Of a stretch of 64,000 nt of DNA, positions 42,904 to 56,421 are shown one piece after another. Source of the DNA: Takakia lepidozioides (taxonomy: Eukaryota > Plantae > Bryophyta); the NCBI GenBank assembly GCA_030704615.1, contig CM060733.1, forward strand, positions 25,482,001 to 25,546,000, in the 5' to 3' direction. A program made the position numbers and the translations under genes. The number at the start of each line of letters is the position of its first letter. Within the stretch, counting starts at the first letter, position 1. Under the pieces are notes generated by a model. The model worked only from the letters and a program-made list of their open reading frames with translations, made no database searches and was not told the origin of the DNA.

Positions 42904-43994
42904 GGTGCTGCTGTGACTAGTGTGAAGTGACGCTGCCTGCGTCAATCCTGCAGTGCAGGTCTGATGGAAGTTTGCGCTTAAGACTGCACTTCTTTATTGT
43001 TTCTGGCCCTTAAGTATAGCTCAAGGTGCAGGCCCAAGTCGGGGAATGCAATAAGACTCCATGCATCGTGTTGTCTGGTGGCCCGCGCGAGCGTCATGGC
43101 TCCATCTGCTGGTGGGTCGTTGGAAACAACCACCAAGCACACCGGCCCTGCTCAGCTTCAACGTCCTCCTGCCGTGAAGGCCATAACGGTTACCGCCCTA
43201 ACAACCAAAGCGGTTGGCGGTTACATTCGAAGTCGTTGGGATTCACTACAGGGCTTCGCAGATCCTACTGTGGATCCCCTCTCTACTCATTCGCCAATAC
43301 CCATGATCCTGCTCTCATCCGATCCTCATCCGGAGGAAAGCACATGAGGATCTCCACGTCATTGGACCCCGGTCTTTTGTATCACTCTTCACTGCCAGTG
43401 AGCTCCCTCACCCATTCCAGCAACTTCTGGGCAATTCATCTGAATTGGAGTGTACACAATCATCCGCTTTTGTTACTCTTTCAACAGTTTTGTCAAGTTG
43501 AACCCTTCTTCTGGAAGACAGGCATTTCAGTGTAGAGATGAGTTGGAGAATCCCACCCAATGAAACTTGGACAGAGCACAAAAGCTGAACTGATTGTAAC
43601 ATATGGCAACATATGGAATATCATGTTGTCTGATCTCAACGAATGCCAATGAGCATGACTTTACAATCCCGGCAAAATTGCTAAGCTAACAATACAAATG
43701 GCTTCCTCTGTAACTTGGTCCCACCCCTTGGGATAAAAAAGAGGTGTTGCACATTCTGGCAGTATAATCTCAGTAGGGCAGATCAATTACAGTATGTCAG
43801 CCAGGGAGAGACTGACTGACTCTTTGGCTCAACCAATAATTATTGCCTTATTCAATGACAAGAATCACTATACCGGGAATCAATTTACACAGGCTATGTT
43901 TTCTATGGTACAGGATTGATGTAAATATATCTAACTGCAACTGGATCGCCAGCCATGGTCACCACCAGTGACCTGCTGGATCACCACAAAAACT

Positions 43995-46900
43995 TTAAAC
44001 TCTGCTTTGGTGTGACACAAAAAGTGGAGAGTCACTCTGGTCGATGGAGTCCATTTGGATGGAGTTCGCTTGGCTACTTCGGTCTCCGTCGTACGAGGGG
44101 TTGTAGAAGCTGCTTTTGGTGCGCTCCATGCTTATTGAGGCATCTACGCGTGCGCTGAATCCTATATTTGTCTTGCGCACACCTTTCAACCTTTCCCGTG
44201 AATACATCTCAGGCTCTGTAATATGCTTTTGCAGATACCGAATTTCCTGGATGAGATGGTGATCCATTGGGTGGAAAAACCGCTGGTAGGCTTGATATGC
44301 CGAGTACGGGAAAATGCATGCCACCGGGAGCAGCACAGTAACAATCCAGAACATGGGAGCCGGAGAGAGAGCTTCAGACAAAACCTTGTATGCCGTCGTG
44401 GAATAATCAGGACTCAACGCCCCATAAACAACTAAGAATATGTACCACATGGCTATACTTCCCCAGATGAAAGCGTGTTGAATCCAGGTGAAATAGCTAA
44501 GGGCCAATGCAATCTGACAATTAACCACCCACACAACGCATGTATACAAGGTGGCACCCAGAATCTGCATGTCAACCACCTGACCATTCTTGCGGAATGG
44601 GGCGATCTCAAGAGCACCAGCAACAAAGAAGAAAGTGACCAAGGAGCTGTAAACACCATTCGCCATCCACCCCAGGATACGAACCCACCCAAAAAACATG
44701 TTGCGAGGGCCTTGCTGGTACAGAGCTGGGAACTGCATACACCCATAAATTCAGATCAAATCTCATGTGGCAACAACTCTCTCTACTCACAAAAATAATC
44801 TTACAACACTGTCAAAAACAGAGACAGGTAGAAGCATAATTCCGGGCAGAAAAAATAGTACGCATCTTAATATCCTCATATTCCTAGAAACTACTACTGA
44901 TGGTTTCAAATAACATCACTTGATCTTGCTGGTTGTCAACTTTACAACATGATGCCCCTGATGCTATGCCGTGCAAGCTAGCCTGTTAGAAACTAGTTTA
45001 GATTGAAAAGCACAAGCATGAGAGATTAACCAACCTGTAAGCAGACACGTGCAGACACATCTTGCTCAAACACACCCAATGCTATCACGGGCAGTGATGT
45101 GAAGAAGACATTGAAGAGCGACAAGTACCAATCATTGTAAGGTGTTTGACCAGAAAAGCTTGTGAACGCTTCAAAGTAGAAAAGTGTAAGACCAAAAGTA
45201 ATATTCTTGTAGAAGAAGTAACAAATCTGCAAGAAACCACAAGCTGACAGTTATACTCACATCTGTCTATTGGAGCAGTCACACTGCCAAGAAATAATGC
45301 CTAAAGAGAAAGACTATTTTTCAATCGTTGAACCACCCACAAGTAAATCTTTAAAACCCTCTGAATAGATTCCCTCAACCAAGACCCTCCAATTGCCGAA
45401 AGTGTAAACTAAGGATTTTCCTGGTCTTCCTCATGAATATGTAGTCGACTGAGCACAGTAACAAGCGTGGGTTTATGAGGAGTTAATACCATCAGAGCAA
45501 TTCGCTTATAGCACCAATGCCCATGTACAATTAGCAGCCGCTCCAAAAATCGGAATTGAGCAATTGAGAAGTCACTAGCCATGACTGCCTGTCACCAAAT
45601 GCCCCCAAATAGGCCAAAATCAGCACCACCACAGAAATATGATCCATCTCAAAGGCTCTTGTCAAAGAACTGATCCTTACAGCGTAAACCAACTAAGGGA
45701 ACACTGGACATCCCCTGCGGAGCCTGTCACTGAATTGTACCACTGCCCCACAATAAAAAGACCTTACTGCAAGCACAAAAACAGTGAAGAGACGAACCTG
45801 CATGCCTTCAACACCACTAATACCAACACCTATGTCTGCCTCCTGGATCATGCCCACATCGTTCGCACCATCCCCAATCCCAAGTGTGGTTTTCCCTGTT
45901 CCTTCCTTGACCAGTCTTGTTATCTACAATCCAGAAGTGAAAAAATCAATGTCAGCTACCAGATGTACCCTCATGGTATAATGCACTTACAGCAGTACAG
46001 TCATTTCAATGCCTAAACTCCTGTATCAGGGAGATGCAGGACTCCTCCACATGTGGATGGCCCAGGCCTTTGACTAAAGATGAGGATTTTCAAACAAGGC
46101 AGGCGCACAATGTGCAGCCTTTTGTTTCCTGACAGATTATTGCCTACAAGCAATCCTTTACAAGTTTGGCTTAGCCCTGAATGGTACACCAGCCATACAA
46201 GCAATGGCCAGGGGGGCCGCTTGAACTTCCTTGCCAAAATTGTATTTTGCAAAACCTGCCAGTACTTAAAAGCGACCCCCTGGGGGTCGTTTCAGTTTCC
46301 TTCATGTTCAGAAAATCCATCGTACAGTTGGAGAAGTTAGCATTAGCAATTTGAAAGGCAGGCAAGAGTCATACCAGGGCTTTTTGCTTTGGGGAGACAC
46401 GGCAGCAAATGACAGACGCACATTGCACAGCCAGATGCAGCAGCTGGTCCTTCAGACCATCCTCCAGGGCATACACCAATGATTTGCCATCAATGATCAA
46501 GGCAAAAGGCTCCTCTTCATGAGAATCCAACTCTAACCGATGCTGCCCAGTCAGTAGCTGCTGCACAATGCTCTCCCTTGCCGCCTGAATCCCAAACAGT
46601 ACTACTTTTCAGCTCTCTAAAACTGAGAAGGGTAGTACTTGATAAGAGTATCAGGCCAGTACATCTTGAGCCTGAACAAAGATAAGGGGGAGAAACCCTG
46701 TCACAAATACCTGTTCATATGCCTTCCACCATCTATTTCTTAAGACTGTGTTTTAATCTGTTGGAGTTAAAAGTAAAGACAAAAGGAGGTCAATTCCAGA
46801 CATGACGATTCAGAGAGCATAAACCGAAGGATCGAACCAACTATGCAAGCCAACCTACCTTTGCAATGGTATCCTTGTCTCCAAAGTCCTCTGCGGACTT

Positions 46901-49900
46901 TACATCAGCATTTTCCAAGCTCACCACAATCTGTTTCATTCCTTCCCGTAGCAAACTGCATGCAAACCTGCAAGGACAAGGAATAAAAAGAGGTCGGAAA
47001 ACTATAAATCAATCACTGGATGCAGGAAGTGAAGACGAGACCAAAAAACCCATGGGAAGAACAAGAAAGTCTCACAATGGGTTAACTGCATCTAAAACAT
47101 CTGACCCCTCAAACAGCTCTGATACTGCACTACACCAAAGGTTTCAGTTGGATCACTCAACGTACGCCAGGACTACTTTCTTCAACCCTTTGTGCCAACA
47201 CAAAACCACTTCACCAACTTGTTAACTAATCCACAGACAGGCGGTCCTCAAATTGGCACTGTAACTGCAGGGGGAGGCAACTATAACTGTAGAACTTAAC
47301 TACACCCACTCCACCAAACCTACCCCAACAATCCCAGGACCAGTGGACCAAGGATGTCCATAACCATGTACATGTTCTGTTACTTGGACCAGGTACAGGC
47401 TGCTCTTGGCTGTAGATAATATGAGCAGGCTACACTCACCCAATGTTGATAGCAGTCTCTTGCTTGTCACCAGTTAGCACCCATATCTTCAGACCAGCCC
47501 GTGCAAGCTTGTCAATGCACTCAGGAACCTGCCAAACAACATATCATAGTACCGCGAACATCAATTAGCCTTCTTTGGGTTAAAATAAGCAGAGCACCCT
47601 TAAAGAAGTGTATGGAACAAAGTGAGGAGTTGCGAGGACCAGAATTCCCTGACTTTGAGCCTTTCGTTCTCTAATCCACGCAGATGAGGCACCTACAAGA
47701 CACACACCCATGCCTAAAATGGACAGCCTGGATACAGTCTGGGTACAACCTGCCCTAGTCAAATGGAGCTGATGAATTAACTCATGTAGCCAATAACAAC
47801 AGGCCAAAAGGAAGATGGAGGCCAAGTAACTCACCCCTTTCTGGAGTTTATCCTCCACAGCAGTGGCACCAACAAGTGTGAGATCCTTTTCGATCAATTC
47901 TGAAGCTGAGTCAAGCAATTCTTCACGGTCAGCCCCAACTGTTGTCTTGGCCTTCATAAACACAGCATTCCACTCTCTGTATTCTTCCTCATCCAGTTTT
48001 CGGTAGGCAAGGGCAAGTGTTCGCAATCCTGCATCACCATACTTCGCAAGATGCTCCTTGGTTGTGTCCCAATACAATTTGCCTGGCTTACTGAGTCTTT
48101 CATATATCACACTGTCATAAACACCGCACCACATGTCAGAATACCATCTAGGCTCAATTCCAAGCATGCTAAATCTTCAAAATCTCCAAGAAATTGTATG
48201 GAATGTGCCTCATGATTTAAACATTTATCAAGCTACAGCTACAAACACATTTGGAGCACATCACTGCAGGACGATTTTCATCAAATTGACTGATTGACTC
48301 AGGATACCTTTTATTGAAAGCTGAGTACCTCAAAAGTAAACCTCGCACAAATGCACATCACCATGATACCAAAGCATCCACCAAAAAAGGCCAGCTACCT
48401 ACAAATTGAGAATGGTGGAGGCAACCAACCTATCAGCACCCTTGCACATAAGGAGAAGTTGGCCCTGTTCATCCCTTACTACCACTGACATACGTTTGCG
48501 AGTGCTGTTGAACTCCAGCAAATTGAGTATTTTGTATTCCCTACAATAAAATAGAAGTCAGTACTCATTTCTCACATGACCTACTTTCTACTCCTACCTC
48601 GTGTCGTAATCAGCAAAACCACAGGTTGCCAGCTTGTTGAAGAGAGAAGAGGAAAACCAGACCAAAAGAAGCCACAGAAACAACCAGTTCACAGTCGTCT
48701 TTTTCCCTCGAAAACGGAAAGAAAGGCTCACCGTTGCACTGTGTCTGATGTCCTCCCAGGCTCTCGTATGATGACACTGTTTTGGGTACGTTTGACAAAC
48801 TCAAAGCCAAACTCCCTTGCCGCAACCACAAAAGCAGCCTCATCAGGTGATTCGGCCTCATAAGTGGTCATTCCAGTGGTCTCATCCACCTCTGGAATGG
48901 CAGTATGACAGACTGCAAGAATACGAAAAAACAATCGAATGATTTCTGCGTTGGGCTCCTTCATCCACTTCCCATCCATCAACCGCTCATCTTTAAAATT
49001 GAAACCCTTCACAGGAGGCTTGGCCGCTTGTCCCATGGGAGTCAACGGAGTGCCTCCCAACCCCCGTTCTGAATCTATTTCAACACTAGCTTCTTCCATA
49101 AGGGGAAGTTCCTTCCCAAGTCTCTTAGCGGTAGCTTTCTCAACCTCTGTGATCCCGCGGCCATAGGCAACACCTGCGATTGAGCACTTGAGAAAGTCCA
49201 TCTGATTGCAAGTAAGAGTCCCTGTCTTATCTGAAAGAATTGTGTCCACCTGCCCAAGCTCCTCATTTAAATTTGAAGTGCGTGCACGGGCTGGCTTGTC
49301 AGTCTCTTCATGATACATGGCGATGTCGTTGTTTATAAACACAGTCTGTAGCACTTTCACAATTTCTATAGAAACATATAGAGAAATCGGGATAAGGTAC
49401 CCATAAAGAATGAGTGCAGTAATCAAATGTAGAAGTCCCGCCACTCCCGGCTTCTTCGGATCATAGTAAATAGTTGTGTTATCTGGCCGCAGGTACCACC
49501 AAGAAGGTGTGGATAACTTTGTGCGTGCCCCAAAACCAATAGACCCAACCACAGAAATAAAAACCAACACACCAAAAAGAAAGTAGATGATATAGTCCAT
49601 CTTCCTTTCAATCCGGCTACGTTTCGAGGGTGGGTCAGTGGCATTCTGCATCACCTTTGTGTCATGGCCACTAAAGATCACTATACCAAACACATATGGT
49701 GTATTGCGGAGCTTTGAATCTCGCAGCAGGATTTGCTGAGGCCCAAGCGGCAACACCTCCTCTGCATACTCCAAGTTGCCAACAAATGTATAGAGGCTAG
49801 GATTCGGATCCTCGCACTTTATCTGGGCTTGGAAGTTTGCAAATTCAATTTCTTCATCTAATTCCACAGTGCGCTCTAACGACTTTTTCAGCTTCAGGTT

Positions 49901-50641
49901 TGTCTCACCATCCAAGTTCATGGTTTCCACATAGCAGATCCCATCTGGGTAGCTGGAGGAAAGCATACAAAGATCCGCAGGAAAGAAGTTGTCCTTCTCA
50001 ACCCTAACCACATCACCAACCCTCAGCTTCTCCCATGCTCTATCTTCGAATTTGCCATCTTTTACATGAACCTTAACCTTTCTATTGTTGATCTCCTTAT
50101 CCTGCATCCAGTACCAAGATACCACTTAGGTTGAGGTTGCAATATTACTGCCAAACAGAAAATGCCCTGATGAGACAATCAAAATCATGAACAAGTCAAC
50201 CAAATAGAAATAGCTACACAACTTATATGCGCTTTTGCCCACCTGCGAGTAGCGGCGCCAGTCTTCAAGGGCCTCCTTGCCCATACTCACCCCCACCACG
50301 AACACAAGTGGAGCAACAAGACTGGCAGCTGAGTATGGGGAAACAGGAGTGAGAGCTAACGCTGCGGCTAGCAGAAAGTACAGATTTGCCACTCTCCGAA
50401 ACTGCTCAAACAGAGCTTTTGGGAAAAAGGTGAATGCATTGTATTTGGTCGTTGACACATAGTTGCTGCGGTATTTGTACGGCTTCAGTGTATGCTTCTC
50501 CGACTGATTGCAAAATACAACTCGAGAAAAACCAGGGCCCCCAAGGGTCGTCGTAACCTCTGATTCCAAGGCAGAAGGCTTCGCGCAGGCACCATATGAG
50601 TAAAGTTTACTAAATCTAAACCTCCTCTTACCACCTGCCAT
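43995..50641 (-). CDS. ALA: P4-type phospholipid-transporting ATPase (flippase); about 11 exons
   Basis: [98 protein letters not shown]; stop at 43995. Confidence 0.96.
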
Positions 50642-53600
50642 CTCTCTTTGTCTCTCTCCCTCCTATATCTATGTTGTCTACCTTCAACCCTAGATAGCTA
50701 GTACACCAGTGAAGAACAACTTTTCCGCTGAATTGCCCTGTGGACCAGCTCGCCAAGTCCTTCGAATGAACCAATGCCACTTTCTGCTAAGGCTTTCGGT
50801 CTGGGGTGTAATTCCTGTGTCAGATCACTGTCGTGAAATCAGTTCTGTGGTTGTCTTTGATAGTTTCCCCACCATAGAAATCACCCGTCCCCTCTTACTG
50901 GAGTCCTATCAAGCCGCCACTTTGTGTAGCCTGCACTCTTCAGGGATGCAGAATTGGAAAGAAAAATGCAAGCTCCTTCGCTCGTTCCCGCTTCGGTTTA
51001 TTGTTACAACCTGTGCTAAGTCGAATACCTCAGATCCCTACTCCTGATTACTTGTTGAAAACCTCCCTGCCCAGATATCAAGAAGATGGAGGGGTGCAAA
51101 ATAAAGACGTCGACACATCTGCCTCGCAAATGTCTGAGACTGCTTCGGTGTCTGAGGCAGTTAAAGAATCACCACTATATGAGCTACAAAGGTCATGTAA
51201 GACAATGAGCAAAACCGTCGTCATGATCGAGGAATTTCATATCTCCAAATACCCTCGCATGTATCTTCCTGTCATTCGCTGCCTCTGTAGAAATGCTACC
51301 ATAAAGCCCTTTCCAAATCACAGGATCCGCAGCCGCAAGCGATCGATTTCAAGCACAGACTTGCAGGGCATGTACCAATCCCAGCAGAGAATCCTGATTT
51401 AATAGCCAGAGGAGGATAGATTGATGCTTCCACTCCCTTCCTGCAATGAGGAAGAAGGAAGAAAGACGATATGCTTCTTCTCTCAGCCAGCACACGATCA
51501 AAGTTGAAGCTCCCAACCTGAACTAGAATGAGGAACGATGAGGGAGACAAGAGTCTATGAGACCAGCAACCCAAGGCAGCTGACACGGTTTCTCTGAGCA
51601 CCAAGTCAGAGAAGATGCAGGGTCAAGGTGGACCCGCAGCTGGGGGTGCTCAAACAGAGAAGCTTCCCTGTTCCATTAGCATCCAACCCATTCGACTCGG
51701 AGCTTTCCTGGCTTTAGCAGCCGAGGCAGGCCGCCCTTTGACGCTCTCCTCCCTCGCCCATTTCCCGCAGTGTTTGCGGGAGCTGAGGCAGGCAGGCAGG
51801 CTGAGTCAAGATTGTCTGCTCGGTATTCCCTTCGCTTGTTTCCCTTTTTTCCTCCCTTCGTTGCTTCCTCCTCAACTTCCGCCGCCCTGACTTTGTGGCC
51901 TGCGGATATGCCTCTTTTGATTCCCAGAAAACCCACAAAGGCTGCGCCAATGAACTCCCTGGCACCACCATGCCACTCATAGGTACTATTTTTTCTTTTC
52001 TTTTTTTGAGGAGAACAGGGGATGGATGGAGGCCTTTCCTTTTACAATTTTCCGTAAACAGGAGCCGGAAACATTCATATATTGTCGGTCCATTGTTATA
52101 TGGTTTTAGTTTGAGGGGACGGAGGCCCTTAAGACGGAGGGCCCCTTTTTGCAATTTTGGCGGATAAAAACCCCAAGGGACCATAAAGCAAACACCAAAA
52201 ATTTGGTGAGGGCGAACCCAAGAGAGAAAGCAAAGCCAGTATAATAGCTGAATGAGATGGGGGAGTCCCGAAATGGGTTATATTTTAACATTACGACAAC
52301 ACCCAAACAGAGAATGAACAATTGTTAAACCCAATGAAACCCGTTTAAAGGAAACAACGAAAGAACCCAAAAAACACCCACTGTTGCAACCCAGAAAAAA
52401 ATTTAGGTTCCCCTCCATTCCGGTCTTTTGGCCTATAGGAAACACCTCTACGGTAGAAATTGATTTATCCTATGTATATAGGACCTCGGGTCGGTGAAAT
52501 GACGAAGATTAGGTAGCTGCAAGCCAACTACAAGACCTTGGTCTTGCACATGTTGATGACATGAAGACTTTCATGAGCAAAGACCTCCCGGTAAGGTGAG
52601 GAGCAACATTTTGGGGTCCTGATTACTATGTTGGGTTGGTAAATAGCCCCATTGGACTTCCTCTAAAATAGGTAGCTTATTGGAGTCAGATTGAAATGTA
52701 ATTGCGTCAATTGTACATTAACATATGTTCATGGAAGTCAACTGAGAGCGGTATGCTATTTGAAGCCCATGTATATTTGAAGCCCATTCACCCTAAAACT
52801 TCACACACAATCTGCGAATTGTGCGATCTAATGAAATGACAACCAAGTTGTAGGGGGTATAACCACCTCGGAAGTGGTTGTAGGTTCAATCCTCCAATTG
52901 GTGTCACAAAGGTGTCCACCTTCCCCCCTAGATGGCAGTAGTCCCTTGAGGTCAAGAGACAACATAAATTTACCCTCCCTTCGGAGGTGTCATACTATTT
53001 GTTGTCGGAATTCACAAGTTATCCCAACGATCATCCCTATGGAACCATGATTTTATCGATGGCTATGGATTTGTCTTGAAGCATCTATGGGCGGAGGGAC
53101 CCAGCCGGCCGCCATGCGTATCCCGAAAATTGTCCACATGCCATAAGCTTGTTTGTAATTGTACAACTCGGCTGCGCACAAGAAGTGCCTTCAGGGGATT
53201 TTTCACGCATCTGACCTTCATCCACGATGACATTTTGTTTGTCTTTTAGTATACTGTCCAAATTGTGATAATCATGGTGACATGTAAAATGGGGTGAACG
53301 ACTCCAATACTATACTCAAATTGCGTTCATGAGGCACACATCATAGTTTTAGGCTCATGTCCATGTGGGTTTCAATTTTTCCTTTGGTTTTAGGCAGTTG
53401 CCAACAAATTTGATGTTGGTTATTTCGGACAGAACAAGACCCAAAACTGCTCCGGATATATTCCATCGCACACTTCCAACATTTGCAGGAGTGTGTGATG
53501 AATCAACTCAATTGGTACTCGAAGGAAGGACAGGTCAGAGAGCAGGGATGGCAAGATTATGTAGTAAAGGTGCGATCATTGGTGGGGAGTGCGGGTATGG

Positions 53601-55700
53601 TGACTGCCATGTTTGTAAGGTACATAAGAGTCGTGCACGCCTCAACTTCATCTCGCACCTTTTTATATTCCCCTCGTCTCCAGTTGTCAGGACATTGGGG
53701 GCGGCTATCCCTGTATAGCCACATTGGGCTGTCTGCTGGGCCCCATCTGTACCTCTTTCTGGGTGTGATCGGTACCTTTAGTACCTCAACTAATAGTTTA
53801 TTAGGGAGCCAAAACGAGTCCATCAGGAAGCATCCTACGATTTTTTATGGTTGTTGGATTATCTAATATGTTTTCCCACCGTCCGAATGGATACACAGAT
53901 ACTAGATACACGTACTCAGCTCACCGACATTTCTCTGATCCTTCGCAGTGAGATTGGTAACCAAGGCGTGCCTTAGCCCACACGTAAACCAAGGCTTGCA
54001 TTGCTATATATAGGGGGGGAACGAACGAGGTGTTTTTGCTGTTACATATACAGTATACTTACGTCTCCAGCATACCATGCGACGCCAGACACTGCTCATC
54101 ATTGCCGTTGGGTTGTATGTATTGCGAAAAAGTGTGGAAAGAAAAGGAAGTTTCAACATCCAGCGAGTCTGGAGAAGAGTGTGACTGAAACTATTCACAA
54201 AGTCCAAGTGAAGGATCGATCTGGGAGGCTGCAGCTGGGGAGGGAATATGCGTCGAAGCCCATGGCTTTCTTGTGTGATATTTCAAACACCACGTGCTCT
54301 GGTTCGTGTTAGTTTCTAACCTGGAAGATGGTAATGGAGCAACACCATCTGTGTGACACACCATCATGCAACCACGTCCCGAAGGATCGACGGAAAATGG
54401 TAATGATACAGTGGCAAAATGGAGATCGTTGACCACCACATTCGTCCAGGACGCATAGCTTCTAGAAGATTCAAGCACAAAGCAACTGGTGTGCACAATG
54501 TATTTAGAGATTTCATGTTGTTTTGTGAATCAGATGTTAGATGACGGAATATCTGAGGTTGGCGCAGGCAGCCAGGTAGAAATCTGGAAACCCTGCGAAT
54601 GGCCTGGTGATGTCATTATTGAATTAGGTGCGTGCAAACGGGCCAGGAAATGCTGATGCCTCGTTCGCACACGTTGCCAGAGGTGCAATTCCGGCGCAGG
54701 TGGAAGAGGCCAGTATAGCCTACCCCACAGCAGAGCAGGCTGCAGGAGGTGCAGGGCGTGGCAGCAGGGTGGGCATGACTGATGAGGAAGATCCATGGTG
54801 TCACACAAGAAGGCCGGGCCCTCCACACCCACCCCCACGCTTGCGTTGCTTTCGCCCCCTGCCAGATCTGCACTTCTCACCTGTTATTGACACGTCTGCA
54901 TGTTAAGTATCAGATAAAGGACAGTAATTGTTTTGAAGTATAAGGGGGATGAAGATTAATTAATTGAAAAATCCCCATTTATTAGGTTATACCTAATTAC
55001 AGTGTACATGATTTTTCTTTTTCTTTTTTTTCTTTTTTTAAAAAAAGAATCAGGGGGTTATATCCCTGATATATTTATTATAAATTATTTGATGGGGAAA
55101 AAAATTAAAACCTCGTTACACCATGAGGTACACCCATTGTGATCAGTGTAGTTCGAGCCAGCCTCTCCGAACAGAGATAAAGTCCAAGATACGAAAATAA
55201 CTCATATCTAACTCTATAGTAAATGCAAAAATGTTTCTACGAACCAAACAGCCACTGTGCAGGCGAATCGAGGAGACCAAAAAACCGGGCACACTGCCTA
55301 GACCTGAAACGAAGCTTAGGAGAGACGAGTGGCTTGTTGGACTTTCTAAGACTGTCTAGAAGGGCAGGGGAGGAGTGGCAATGAGAGTAAATAGTCCATT
55401 GACTTTCTCCACGATAGAGATTGCGATGTATCTGTAGTGCAGCTTGGAAGCCGTCGATGAAGGCTTCAGATGCTTCCAGTTAATGTCCCTTTCAAATTCG
55501 GGGGAAAGAGTGTAGCGGCAAACGGAGATCTCATCAGGCTGCTGGGGGGAGATCGTTCCAGTAGCATTGGTCCTGCACAGGGCTGCTGCATATGATCCCA
55601 TGTCTATCCCCAGGTGTGCTGAAAGTTCCTGTGGATGGCCTCCGCATTCCTGGCATCCCGCTGTATGACTGCACATATTTTGGCCACACCTGTTAGAGCT

Positions 55701-56021
55701 TGTCATGTGCTTATTATAGTGAATGGAAAGTGTGACTTGCATGTGACTAATGATAGATATGAGATGCTTTCTGCGTTCTCTTGTTTGTCTGACTTACCTT
55801 CCTAGCTTCAGTTTGTAAGTCAAGAAATACAGTAGCCATGAGGGTTGTCATGCGCATATATATCGCTACACAACTACATCGTTGTCCAAAACCACACAAC
55901 ACATGTGCACACCACACACTAATATACCACTAGTCCACCACTAGTCCAACCACTAGGCTATAACTAGTCAGTCACTAGGCTGCCACTATGCTGTCCACTA
56001 TGGCAGTCACTAGTCCACACA
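55701..56021 (-). repeat. Putative 3' LTR (TG...CA, ~320 bp)
   Basis: Minus strand: PPT AGGGGGGCGAT then TGTGTGGACTAG at 56021; TATATA at ~55857; ends AATAAGCACATGACA at 55701 (outer boundary tentative). Confidence 0.6.
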
Positions 56022-56282
56022 ATCGCCCCCCTAGCTGGTGCTTAGGTCCCTCTAAGTCCAGGTAGCCACAAGATGTGATAGTGACCATAGCCTCACTAAG
56101 TACTCCACCACTGTCCCTACTACACTCAAACTCGATAAATCAAGAGGCCGGGTGCAAGAGTTGCCCCATCTTTAGTCGCCGTCTTGCAACATGTGAACTT
56201 GAGCCTGGGATCTCGTGTATTGACTCCGTATGAGCTTGGCCTCCCATGTCTTGTTAGCTGCCTCTAGTCATGTCCACTGTCA

Positions 56283-56421
56283 CTATCCCAAGCAGTGTGG
56301 ACACAACCAATCTCCATCAGGAACCTTCTCAAGAGGTGGTGTCAAGCATCTCATATGTCAACCTCTTGAGCATCGATCACACACCAGCATGGTGGCTGCC
56401 CCTTTGGCAGACCCACAGAGC
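56283..56421 (-). pseudogene. PHD finger at the integrase C-terminus
   Basis: LCGSAKGAATMLVCDRCSRG*HMRCLTPPLEKVPDGDWLCPHC; frameshifted relative to integrase; W-to-stop. Confidence 0.9.

Noticed and set aside
50700-52300. Short ORFs upstream of ALA
   Set aside because: Consistent with 5' UTR, intron and promoter sequence; no protein signature
52300-55700. Possible decayed TE or gene remnants (ORFs 53557-53823, 55356-55742)
   Set aside because: No diagnostic motifs, termini or TSDs recognised
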